Shown here in pieces: positions 28,551 through 42,100 of a stretch of 64,000 nucleotides of DNA. Under the pieces are notes generated by a model. That model worked only from the letters and a program-made list of their open reading frames with translations, had not been told where the DNA came from and made no database searches. Made by a program: the position numbers and the translations under genes. This DNA comes from Squalus acanthias. Taxonomy: Eukaryota. The stretch spans positions 29,514,001 to 29,578,000 of the forward strand of contig CM059432.1 in NCBI GenBank assembly GCA_030390025.1, in the 5' to 3' direction. How positions within the stretch are numbered: the first letter of the stretch is position 1; every line of letters starts with the position of its first letter.

Positions 28551-31500
28551 CTCTATTATCCAGTGTAACACACTGCCAGCTCTCTATTATCCAGTGTAAA
28601 ACACTGCCAGCTCTCTATTATCCTCAGTGTAACACACTGCCAGCTCTCTATTATCCGCAGTGTAACACACTGCCAGCTCTCTATTATACTCAGTGTAACA
28701 CACTGCCAGCTCTCTATTATCCTCAATGTAACACACTGCCAGCTCTCCATTATCCTCAGTTTAACACACTGCCAGCTCTCTATTATCCTCAGTGTAACAC
28801 ACTGGCTGCTCTCTATTATCCTCAGTGTAACACACTGCCAGCTCTCTATTATCCAGTGTAACACACTGCCAGCTCTCTATTATCCTCAGTGTAACACACC
28901 GCCAGCTGTCTATTATCCTGAGTGTAACACCCTGCCAGCTGTCTATTATCCTCAGTGTAATACACTGCCAGCTCTGTATTATCCACAGTGCAACACCCTG
29001 CCAGCTCTCTATTATCCAGTGTAAAACACTGCCAGCTCTCTATTATCCTCAGTGCAACACACTGCCAGCTCACTATTATCCTCAGTGTAACACACTGTCT
29101 GCTCTCTATTAACCTCAGTTTAACACACTGCCAGCTCTCTATTATCCTCAGTGTAACACATTGCCAGCTCATTATTATCCTCAGTGTAACACACTGCCAG
29201 CTCTCTATTATCCTCAGTGTAACACACTGCCAGCTCTCTATTATCCTCAGTATAACACACTGCCAGCTCTCTATTATCCAGTTTAACACACTGCCAGCTC
29301 TCTATTATCCTCAGTGAAACACACTGCCAGCTCTGTATTATCCTCAGTGTAACACACCGCCAGTCCTCTATTCTCCTCAGTGTAACACACTGCCAGCTCT
29401 CTATTATCCTCAGTGTAACACACCGCCAGCTCTCTATTATCCTCAGTGTAACACACTGCCAGCTCTCTATTATCCTCAGTGTAACACACTGTCAGCTCTC
29501 TATTATCCTCAGTGTAACACACTGCCAGCCCTCTGTTATCCACAGTGTAACAAACTGCAAGCTCTCTATTATCCAGTGTAACACACAGCCAGCTCTCTAT
29601 TATCCTCAGTGTTACACACTGCCAGCTCTCTGTTATCCAGTATAACATACTGCCACCTCTTTATTATCCTCAGTGTAACACACTGCCAGCTCTCTATTAT
29701 ACTCAGTGTAACACACTGCCAGCTCTCTATTATCCTCAATGTAACACACTGCCAGCTCTCTATTATCCAGTGTAACACACTGCCAGCTCTCTATTATCCA
29801 GTGTAACACACTGCCAGCTCTCTATTATCCAGTGTAACACACTGCCAGCTCTCTATTATCCTCAGTGTAACACACTGCCAGCTCTCTATTATCCTCAGTG
29901 TAACACACTGCCAGCTCTCTATTATCCTCAGTGTAACACACTGCCAGCTCTCTATTATCCTCAGTGTAACACACTGCCAGCTCTCTATTATCTCAGTGTA
30001 ACACACTGCCAGCTCTCTATTATCCTCAGTGTAACACACTGCCAGCTCTCTATTATCCTCAGTGAAACACACTGCCAGCTCTGTATTATCCTCAGTGTAA
30101 CACACCGCCAGTCCTCTATTCTCCTCAGTGTAACACACTGCCAGCTCTCTATTATCCTCAGTGTAACACACCGCCAGCTCTCTATTATCCTCAGTGTAAC
30201 ACACTGCCAGCTCTCTGTTATCCTCAGTGTAACACACTGCCAGCTCTCTATTATCCTCAATGTAACACACTGCCAGCTCTCCATTATCCTCAGTGTAACA
30301 CACTGCCAGCACTCTATTATCCTGTGTAACACACTGCCAGCTCTCTATTATCCTCAGTGTAACACACTGGCTGCTCTCTATTATCCTCAGTGTAACACAC
30401 TGCCAGCTCTCTATTATCCAGTGTAACACACTGCCAGCTCTCTATTATCCTCAGTGTAACACACCGCCAGCTGTCTATTATCCTGAGTGTAACACCCTGC
30501 CAGCTGTCTATTATCCTCAGTGTAATACACTGCCAGCTCTCTATTATCCACAGTGCAACACCCTGCCAGCTCTCTATTATCCAGTGTAAAACACTGCCAG
30601 CTCTCTATTATCCTCAGTGCAACACACTGCCAGCTCTCTATTATCCTCAGTGTAACACACTGTCTGCTCTCTATTAACCTCAGTTTAACACACTGCCAGC
30701 TCTCTATTATCCTCAGTGTAACACACTGGCTGCTCTCTATTATCCTCAGTGTAACACACTGCCAGCTCTCTATTATCCAGTGTAACACACTGCCAGCTCT
30801 CTATTATCCTCAGTGTAACACACCGCCAGCTCTCTATTATCCTGAGTGTAACACCCTGCCAGCTGTCTATTATCCTCAGTGTAATACACTGCCAGCTCTG
30901 TATTATCCACAGTGCAACACCCTGCCAGCTCTCTATTATCCAGTGTAAAACACTGCCAGCTCTCTATTATCCTCAGTGCAACACACTGCCAGCTCACTAT
31001 TATCCTCAGTGTAACACACTGTCTGCTCTCTATTAACCTCAGTTTAACACACTGCCAGCTCTCTATTATCCTCAGTGTAACACATTGCCAGCTCATTATT
31101 ATCCTCAGTGTAACACACTGCCAGCTCTCTATTATCCTCAGTGTAACACACTGCCAGCTCTCTATTATCCTCAGTGAAACACACTGCCAGCTCTCTATTA
31201 TCCTCAGTGTAACACACCGCCAGTCCTCTATTATCCTCAGTGTAACACACTGCCAGCTCTCTATTATCCTCAGTGTAACACACCGCCAGCTCTCTATTAT
31301 CCTCAGTGTAACACACTGCCAGCTCTCTATTATCCTCAGTGTAACACACTGTCAGCTCTCTATTATCCTCAGTGTAACACACTGCCAGCCCTCTGTTATC
31401 CACAGTGTAACAAACTGCAAGCTCACTATTATCCAGTGTAACACACAGCCAGCTCTCTATTATCCTCAGTGTTACACACTGCCAGCTCTCTGTTATCCAG

Positions 31501-34500
31501 TATAACATACTGCCACCTCTTTCTTATCCTCAGTGTAACACACTGCCAGCTCTCTATTATACTCAGTGTAACACACTGCCAGCTCTCTATTATCCTCAAT
31601 GTAACACACTGCCAGCTCTCTATTATCCTCAGTGTAACACATAGCCAGCTCTCTATTATCCAGTGTAACACACTGCCAGCTCTCTATTATCCAGTGTAAC
31701 AGACTGCCAGCTCTCTATTATCCAGTGTAAAACACTGCCAGCTCTCTATTATCCTCAGTGTAACACACTGCCAGCTCTCTATTATCCGCAGTGTAACACA
31801 CTGCCAGCTCTCTATTATACTCAGTGTAACACACTGCCAGCTCTCTATTATCCTCAATGTAACACACTGCCAGCTCTCTATTATCCAGTGTAACACACTG
31901 CCAGCTCTCTAATATAAAGTGTAACACAATGCCAGCACTCTATTATCCAGTGTAACAGACTGCCAGCTCCCTATTATCCTCAGTGTAACACACTGTCAGC
32001 TCTCTATTATCCTCAGTGTAACACAGTGCCAGCTCTCTATTATTCTCAGTGTAACACACTGCCAGCTCTCTATTATCCAGTGTAACACACTGACAGCTCT
32101 CTATTATCCTCAGTGTAACACACTGCCAGCTCTCTTTTATCCTCAGTGTAACACACTGCCAGCTCTCTATTATACTCAGTGTAACACACTGCCAGCTCTC
32201 TATTATCCTCAATGTAACACACTGCCAGCTCTCCATTATCCTCAGTTTAACACACTGCCAGCTATCTATTATCCAGTGTAATACACTGCCAGCTCTCTAT
32301 TATCCTCAATGTAACACACTGCCAGCTCTCCATTATCCTCAGTGTAACACGCTGCCAGCACTCTATTATCCATTGTAACACACTGCCAGCTCTCTATTAT
32401 CCTCAGTGTAACACACTGACTGCTCTCTATTATCCTCAGTGTAACACACTGCCAGCTCTCTATTATCCAGTGTAACACACTGCCAGCTCTCTATTATCCT
32501 CAGTGTAACACACCGCCAGCTGTCTATTATCCTGAGTGTAACACCCTGCCAGCTGTCTATTATCCTCAGTGTAATACACTGCCAGCTCTGTATTATCCAC
32601 AGTGCAACACCCTGCCAGCTCTCTATTATCCAGTGTAAAACACTGCCAGCTCTCTATTATCCTCAGTGCAACACACTGCCAGCTCACTATTATCCTCAGT
32701 GTAACACACTGTCTGCTCTCTATTAACCTCAGTTTAACACACTGCCAGCTCTCTATTATCCTCAGTGTAACACATTGCCAGCTTATTATTATCCTCAGTG
32801 TAACACACTGCCAGCTCTCTATTATCCTCTGTGTAACACACTGCCAGCTCTCTATTATCCTCAGTGAAACACACTGCCAGCTCTCTATTATCCTCAGTGT
32901 AACACACCGCCAGTCCTCTATTATCCTCAGTGTAACACACTGCCAGCTCTCTATTATCCTCAGTGTAACACACTGCCAGCTCTCTATTATCCTCAGTGTA
33001 ACACACTGCCAGCTCTCTATTATCCTCAGTGTAACACACTGTCAGCTCTCTATTATCCTCAGTGTAACACACTGCCAGCTCTCTGTTATCCACAGTGTAA
33101 CAAACTGCAAGCTCACTATTATCCAGTGTAACACACAGCCAGCTCTCTATTATCCTCAGTGTTACACACTGCCAGCTCTCTGTTATCCAGTATAACATAC
33201 TGCCACCTCTTTATTATCCTCAGTGTAACACACTGCCAGCTCTCTATTATCCTCAGTGTAACACACTGCCAGCTCTCTATTATCCTCAGTGTAACACATA
33301 GCCAGCTCTCTATTATCCAGTGTAACACACTGCCAGCTCTCTATTATCCAGTGTAACACACTGCCAGCTCTCTATTATCCAGTGTAAAACACTGCCAGCT
33401 CTCTATTATCCTCAGTGTAACACACTGCCAGCTCTCTATTATCCGCAGTGTAACACACTGCCAGCTCTCTATTTTACTCAGTGTAACACACTGCCAGCTC
33501 TCTATTATCCTCAATGTAACACACTGCCAGCTCTCTATTATCCAGTGTAACACACTGCCAGCTCTCTAATATAAAGTGTAACACACTGCCAGCACTCTAT
33601 TATCCAGTGTAACAGACTGCCAGCTCCCTATTATCCTCAGTGTAACACACTGTCAGCTCTCTATTATCCTCAGTGTAACACAGTGCCAGCTCTCTATTAT
33701 TCTCAGTGTAACACACTGCCAGCTCTCTATTATCCAGTGTAACACACTGACAGCTCTCTATTATCCTCAGTGTAACACACTGCCAGCTCTCTTTTATCCT
33801 CAGTGTAACACACTGCCAGCTCTCTCTTATACTCAGTGTAACACACTGCCAGCTCTCTATTATCCTCAATGTAACACACTGCCAGCTCTCCATTATCCTC
33901 AGTGTAACACACTGCCAGCTATCTATTATCCAGTGTAATACACTGCCAGCTCTCTATTATCCTCAATGTAACACACTGCCAGCTCTCCATTATCCTCAGT
34001 GTAACACACTGCCAGCACTCTATTATCCATTGTAACACACTGCCAGCTCTCTATTATCCTCAGTGTAACACACTGGCAGCTCTCTATTATCCTCAGTGTA
34101 ACACACTGCCAGCTCTCTATTATCCCAGTGTAACACACTGCCAGCTCTCTATTATCCTCAGTGTAACACACTGCCAGCTCTCTATTATCCTCAGTGTAAC
34201 ACCCTGCCAGCTGTCTATTATCCTCAGTGTAACACACTGCCAGCTCTCTATTATCCACAGTGCAACACCCTGCCAGCTCTCTATTATCCTCAGTGTAAAA
34301 CACTGCCAGCTCTCTATTATCCTCAGTGCAACACACTGCCAGCTCTCTATTATCCTCAGTGTAACACACTGTCAGCTCTCTATTAACCTCAGTTTAACAC
34401 ACTGCCAGCTCTCTATTATCCTCAGTGTAACACACTGGCTGCTCTCTATTATCCTCAGTGTAACACACTGCCAGCTCTCTATTATCCAGTGTAACACACT

Positions 34501-34900
34501 GCCAGCTCTCTATTATCCTCAGTGTAACACACTGCCAGCTCTCTATTATCCAGTGTAACACACTGCCAGCTCTCTATTATCCTCAGTGTAACACATTGCC
34601 AGCTCATTATTATCCTCAGTGTAACACACTGCCAGCTCTCTATTATCCTCAGTGTAACACACTGCCAGCTCTCTATTATCCTCAGTATAACACACTGCCA
34701 GCTCTCTATTATCCAGTTTAACACACTGCCAGCTCTCTATTATCCTCAGTGAAACACACTGCCAGCTCTCTATTATCCTCAGTGTAACACACCGCCAGTC
34801 CTCTATTATCCTCAGTGTAACACACTGCCAGCTCTCTATTATCCTCAGTGTAACACACCGCCAGCTCTCTATTATCCTCAGTGTAACACACTGCCAGCTC
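28550..34900. repeat. Type A higher-order repeat block (~1.66-1.69 kb units containing the 359-bp cassette)
   Basis: An ordered string of variants repeats. CTGAG lies at 28918, 30483, 30842 and 32532 (spacings include 359 and 1690 bp). AATATAAAG lies at 31911 and 33568 (1657 bp apart). Confidence 0.85.
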
Positions 34901-37900
34901 TCTATTATCCTCAGTGTAACACACTGCCAGCTCTCTATTATCCTCAGTTTAACACACCGCCAGCCCTCTATTATCCTCAGTGTAACACACTGCCAGCTCT
35001 CTATTATCCTCAGTGTAACACACTGCCAGCTCTCTATTATCCTCAGTGTAACACACTGCCAGCTCTCTATTATCCTCAGTGTAACACACTGCCAGCTCTC
35101 TATTATCCTCAGTGTAACATACTGCCAGCTCTCTATTATCCTCAGTGTAACACACTGCCAGCTCTCTATTATCCTCAGTGCAACACCCTGCCAGCTCTCT
35201 ATTATCCAGTGTAAAACACTGCCAGCTCTCTATTATCCTCAGTGCAACACACTGCCAGCTCTCTATTATCCTCAGTGTAACACACTGCCTGCTCTCTATT
35301 ATCCTCAGTGTAACACACTGCCAGCTCTCTATTATCCTCAGTGTAACACACCGCCAGTCCTCTATTATCCTTAGTGTAACACACTGCCAGCTCTCTATTA
35401 TCCTCAGTGTAACACACTGCCAGCTCTCTATTATCCTCAGTGTAACACACCGCCAGCCGTCTATTATCCTCAGTGTAACACACTGCCAGCTCTCTATTAT
35501 CCTCAGTGTAACACACTGCCAGCTCTCTATTATCCTCAGTGTAACACACTGCCAGCTCTCTATTATCCTCAGTGTAACACACTGCCAGCCCTCTGTTATC
35601 CACAGTGTAACAAACTGCAAGCTCACTATTATCCAGTGTAACACACAGCCAGCTCTCTATTATCCTCAGTGTTACACACTGCCAGCTTTCTGTTATCCAG
35701 TATAACACACTGCCAGCTCTCTATTATCCTCAGTGTAACACACCGCCAGCCGTCTATTATCCTCAGTGTAACACACTGCCAGCTCTCTATTATCCTCAGT
35801 GTAACACACTGCCAGCTCTCTATTATCCTCAGTGTAACACATTGCCAGCTCTCTATTATCCTCAGTGTAACACACTGCCAGCTCTCTATTATCCAGTGCA
35901 AAACACTGTCAGCTCTCTATTATCCTCAGTGTAACACATTGCCAGCTCTCTATTACCTTCAGTGTAACACACTGCCAGCTCTCTATTATCCTCAGAGTAA
36001 CACACTGCCAGCTCTCTATTATCCTCAGTGTAACACACTGCCAGCTCTCTATTACCTTCAGTGTAACACACTGCCAGCTCTCTATTATCCTCAGAGTAAC
36101 ACACTGCCAGCTCTCTATTATCCAGTGTAACACACTGCCAGCTCTCTATTATCCAGTGTAACACACTGCCAGCTCTCTATTATCCTCAGTGTAACACACT
36201 GCCAGCTCTCTATTACCTTCAGTGTAACACATTGCCAGCTCTCTATTACCTTCAGTGTAACACACTGCCAGCTCTCTATTATCCTCAGTGTAACACACTG
36301 CCAGCTCTCTATTATCCAGTGTAACACACTGCCAGCTCTCTATTATCCAGTGTAACACACTGCCAGCTCTCTAATATAAAGTGTAACACACTGCCAGCAC
36401 TCTGTTATCCAGTGTAACACACTGCCAGCTCTCTATTATCCTCAGTGTAACACACTGCCAGCTCTCTATTATCCTCAGTGTAACACACTGCCAGCTCTCT
36501 ATTATCCTCAGTTTAACACACCGCCAGCCCTCTATTATCCTCAGTGTAACACACTGCCAGCTCTCTATTATCCTCAGTGTAACACACTGCCAGCTCTCTA
36601 TTATCCTCAGTGTAACATACTGCCAGCTCTCTATTATCCTCAGTGTAACACACTGCCAGCTTTCTATTATCCTCAGTGTAACATACTGCCAGCTCTCTAT
36701 TACATTCAGTGTAACACACTGCCAGCTCTCTATTATCCTCAGTGCAACACCCTGCCAGCTCTCTATTATCCAGTGTAAAACACTGCCTGCTCTCTATTAT
36801 CCTCAGTGCAACACACTGCCAGCTCTCTATTATCCTCAGTGTAACACACTGTCTGCTCTCTATTATCCTCAGTTTAACACACTGCCAGCTCTCTATTATC
36901 CTCAGTGTAACACATTGCCAGCTCACTATTATCCTCAGTGTAACACACTGCCAGCTCTCTATTATCCTCAGTGTAACACACTGCCAGCTCTCTATTATCC
37001 TCAGTGTAACACACTGCCAGCTCTCTATTATCCTCAGTGTAACACACCGCCAGTCCTCTATTATCCTTAGTGGAACACACTGCCAGCTCTCTATTATCCT
37101 CAGTGTAACACTCTGCCAGCTCTCTATTATCCTCAGTGTAACACACCGCCAGTCCTCTATTATCCTCAGTGTAACACACTGCCAGCTCTCTATTATCCTC
37201 AGTGTAACACACTGCCAGCTCTCTATTATCCTCAGTGTAACACACTGCCAGCTCTCTATTATCCTCAGTGTAACACACTGTCAGCTCTCTATTATCCTCA
37301 GTGTAACACACTGCCAGCCCTCTGTTATCCACAGTGTAACAATCTGCAAGCTCACTATTATCCAGTGTAACACACAGCCAGCTCTCTATTATCCTCAGTG
37401 TTACACACTGCCAGCTCTCTGTTATCCAGTATAACATACTGCCACCTCTCTATTATCCTCAGTGTAACACACTGCCAGCTCTCTATTATCCTCAGTGTAA
37501 CACACTGCCAGCTCTCTATTATCCTCAGTGTAACACATTGCCAGCTCTCTATTATCCAGTGCAACACACTGTCAGCTCTCTATTATCCTCAGTGTAACAC
37601 ATTGCCAGCTCTCTATTACCTTCACTGTAACACACTGCCAGCTCTCTATTATCCTCAGTGTAACACACTGCCAGCTCTCTATTATCCTCAGTGTAACACA
37701 CTGCCAGCTCTCTATTACCTCAGTGTAACACACTGCCAGCTCTCTATTATCCTCAGAGTAACACACTGCCAGCTCTCTATTATCCAGTGTAACACACTGC
37801 CAGCTCTCTATTATCCAGTGTAACACACTGCCAGCTCTCTATTATCCTCAGTGTAACACACTGCCAGCTCTCTATTACCTCAGTGTAACACACTGCCAGC

Positions 37901-39120
37901 TCTCTATTATCCTCAGTGTAACACACTGCCAGCTGTCTATTATCCTCAGTGTAACACACTGCCAGCTCTCGATTATCCTCAGTGTAACACACTGCCAGCT
38001 CTCATTATCCTCAGTGTAACACACTGCCAGCTCTCTATTATCCAGTGTAACACACTGCCAGCTCTCTATTATCCAGTGTAACACACTGCCAGGTCTCTAT
38101 TATCCAGTGTAAAACACTTCCAGCTCTCTATTATCCTCAGTGTAACACACTGCCAGCTGTCTATTATCCTCAGTGTAACACACTGCCAGCTCTCTATTAT
38201 CCGCAGTGTAACACACTGCCAGCTCTCTATTATACTCAGTGTAACACACTGCCAGCTCTCTATTATCCTCAATGTAACACACTGCCAGCTCTCTATTATC
38301 CAGTGTAACACACTGCCAGCTCTCTAATATAAAGTGTAACACACTGCCAGCACTCTATTATCCAGTGTAACACACTGCCAGCTCTCTATTATCCTCAGTG
38401 TAACACACTGTCAGCTCTCTATTATCCTTAGAGTAACACACTGCCAGCTCTCTATTATTCTCAGTGTAACACACTGCCAGCTCTCTATTATCCAGTGTAA
38501 CACACTGACAGCTCTCTATTATCCAGTGTAAAACACTGCCAGCTCTCTATTATCCTCAGTGTAACACACTGCCAGCTGTCTATTATCCTCAGTGTAACAC
38601 ACTGCCAGCTCTCTATTATCCGCAGTGTAACACACTGCCAGCTCTCTATTATACTCAGTGTAACACACTGCCAGCTCTCTATTATCCTCAATGTAACACA
38701 CTGCCAGCTCTCTATTATCCAGTGTAACACACTGCCAGCTCTCTAATATAAAGTGTAACACACTGCCAGCACTCTATTATCCAGTGTAACACACTGCCAG
38801 CTCTCTATTATCCTCAGTGTAACACACTGTCAGCTCTCTATTATCCTCAGTGTAACACACTGTCAGCTCTCTATTATTCTCAGTGTAACACACTGCCAGC
38901 TCTCTATTATCCAGTGTAACACACTGACAGCTCTCTATTATCCTCAGTGTAACACACTGCCAGCTCTCTTTTATCCTCAGTGTAACACACTGCCAGCTCT
39001 CTATTATACTCAGTGTAACACACTGCCAGCTCTCTATTATCCTCAGTGTAACACACTGCCAGCTCTCTATTATCCTCAGTGTAACACACTGCCAGCTCTC
39101 TATTATCCAGTGTAACACAC
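34900..39120. repeat. Type B HOR block followed by a 419-bp tandem duplication
   Basis: A distinct marker set appears here: TATTACATTCAG (~36698), TATTACCTTCAG with CTCAGAGT (35951-36100), CCTTAGTG and GCCGTCT. AATATAAAG at 38326 and 38745 marks a 419-bp duplication. Confidence 0.8.
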
Positions 39121-42100
39121 TGCCAGCTCTCTATTATCCTCAGTGTAACACACTGCCAGCTCTCTATTATCCTCAGTGTAACACACTGCCAGCTCTCTAT
39201 TATCCTCAGTGTAACACACTGCCAGCTCTCTATTATCCTCAGTGTAACACACTGCCAGCTCTCTATTATCCAGTGTAACACACTGCCAGCTCTCTATTAT
39301 CCTCAGTGTAACACACTGCCAGCTCTCTATTATCCAGTGTAACACACTGCCAGCTCTCTATTATCCTCAGTGTAACACACTGCCAGCTCTCTATTATCCT
39401 CAGTGTAACACACTGCCAGCTCTCTATTATCCTCAGTGTAACACACTGCCAGCTCTCTATTATCCAGTGTAACACACTGCCAGCTCTCTATTATCCTCAG
39501 TGTAACACACTGCCAGCTCTCTATTACCTCAGTGTAACACACTGCCAGCTCTCTATTATCCTCAGTGTAACACACTGCCAGCTCTCTATTATCCTCAGTG
39601 TAACACACTGCCAGCTCTCTATTATCCTCAGTGTAACACACTGCCAGCTCTCTATTATCCTCAGTGTAACACACTGCCAGCTCTCTATTATCCAGTGTAA
39701 CACACTGCCAGCTCTCTATTATCCAGTGTAACACACTGCCAGCTCTCTATTATCCTCAGTGTAACACACTGCCAGCTCTCTATTATCCTCAGTGTAACAC
39801 ACTGCCAGCTCTCTATTATCCTCAGTGTAACACACTGCCAGCTCTCTATTATCCTCAGTGTAACACACTGCCAGCTCTCTATTATCCTCAGTGTAACACA
39901 CTGCCAGCTCTCTATTATCCTCAGTGTAACACACTGCCAGCTCTCTATTATCCAGTGTAACACACTGCCAGCTCTCTATTATCCAGTGTAACACACTGCC
40001 AGCTCTCTATTATCCAGTGTAACACACTGCCAGCTCTCTATTATCCTCAGTGTAACACACTGCCAGCTCTCTATTATCCTCAGTGTAACACACTGCCAGC
40101 TCTCTATTATCCTCAGTGTAACACACTGCCAGCTCTCTATTATACTCAGTGTAACACACTGCCAGCTCTCTATTATCCTCAGTGTAACACACTGCCAGCT
40201 CTCTATTATCCAGTGTAACACACTGCCAGCTCTCTATTATCAAGTGTAACACACTGCCAGCTCTCTATTATCCAGTGTAACACACTGCCAGCTCTCTATT
40301 ATCCTCAGTGTAACACACTGCCAGCTCTCTATTATCCTCAGTGTAACACACTGCCAGCTCTCTATTATCTCAGTGTAACACACTGCCAGCTCTCTATTAT
40401 CCAGTGTAACACACTGCCAGCTCTCTATTATCCAGTGTAACACACTGCCAGCTCTCTATTATCCTCAGTGTAACACACTGCCAGCTCTCTATTATCCTCA
40501 GTGTAACACACTGCCAGCTCTCTATTATCCGCAGTGTAACACACTGCCAGCTCTCTATTATACTCAGTGTAACACACTGCCAGCTCTCTATTATCCTCAA
40601 TGTAACACACTGCCAGCTCTCTATTATCCAGTGTAACACACTGCCAGCTCTCTATTATACAGTGTAACACACTGCCAGCACTCTATTATCCAGTGTAACA
40701 CACTGCCAGCTCTCTATTATCCTCAGTGTAACACACTGTCAGCTCTCTATTATCCTCAGTGTAACACACTGCCAGCTCTCTATTATTCTCAGTGTAACAC
40801 ACTGCCAGCTCTCTATTATCCAGTGTAACACACTGACAGCTCTCTATTATCCTCAGTGTAACACACTGCCAGCTCTCTATTATCCTCAGTGTAACACACT
40901 GCCAGCTCTCTATTATACTCAGTGTAACACACTGCCAGCTCTCTATTATCCTCAGTGTAACACACTGCCAGCTCTCCATTATCCTCAGTGTAACACACTG
41001 CCAGCTCTCTATTATCCAGTGTAACACACTGCCAGCTCTCTATTATCCTCAGTGTAACACACTGCAGCTCTCTATTATCCTCAGTGTAACACACTGCCAG
41101 CTCTCTATTATCCAGTGTAACACACTGCCAGCTCTCTATTATCCTCAGTGTAACACACTGCCAGCTCTCTATTATCCTCAGTGTAACACACTGCCAGCTC
41201 TCTATTATCCTCAGTGTAACACACTGCCAGCTCTCTATTATCCTCAGTGTAACACACTGCCAGCTCTCTATTATCCAGTGTAACACACTGCCAGCTCTCT
41301 ATTATCCAGTGTAACACACTGCCAGCTCTCTATTATCCTCAGTGTAACACACTGCCAGCTCTCTATTATCCTCAGTGTAACACACTGCCAGCTCTCTATT
41401 ATCCTCAGTGTAACACACTGCCAGCTCTCTATTATCCTCAGTGTAACACACTGCCAGCTCTCTATTATCCTCAGTGTAACACACTGCCAGCTCTCTATTA
41501 TCCTCAGTGTAACACACTGCCAGCTCTCTATTATCTCAGTGTAACACACTGCCAGCTCTCTATTATCCAGTGTAACACACTGCCAGCTCTCTATTATCCT
41601 CAGTGTAACACACTGCCAGCTCTCTATTATCCTCAGTGTAACACACTGCCAGCTCTCTATTATCCTCAGTGTAACACACTGCCAGCTCTCTATTATCCTC
41701 AGTGTAACACACTGCCAGCTCTCTATTATCCTCAGTGTAACACACTGCCAGCTCTCTATTATCCTCAGTGTAACACACTGCCAGCTCTCTATTATCCTCA
41801 GTGTAACACACTGCCAGCTCTCTATTATCCTCAGTGTAACACACTGCCAGCTCTCTATTATCCTCAGTGTAACACACTGCCAGCTCTCTATTATCCTCAG
41901 TGTAACACACTGCCAGCTCTCTATTATCTCAGTGTAACACACTGCCAGCTCTCTATTATCCTCAGTGTAACACACTGCCAGCTCTCTATTATCCTCAGTG
42001 TAACACACTGCCAGCTCTCTATTATCCTCAGTGTAACACACTGCCAGCTCTCTATTATCCTCAGTGTAACACACTGCCAGCTCTCTATTATCCTCAGTGT

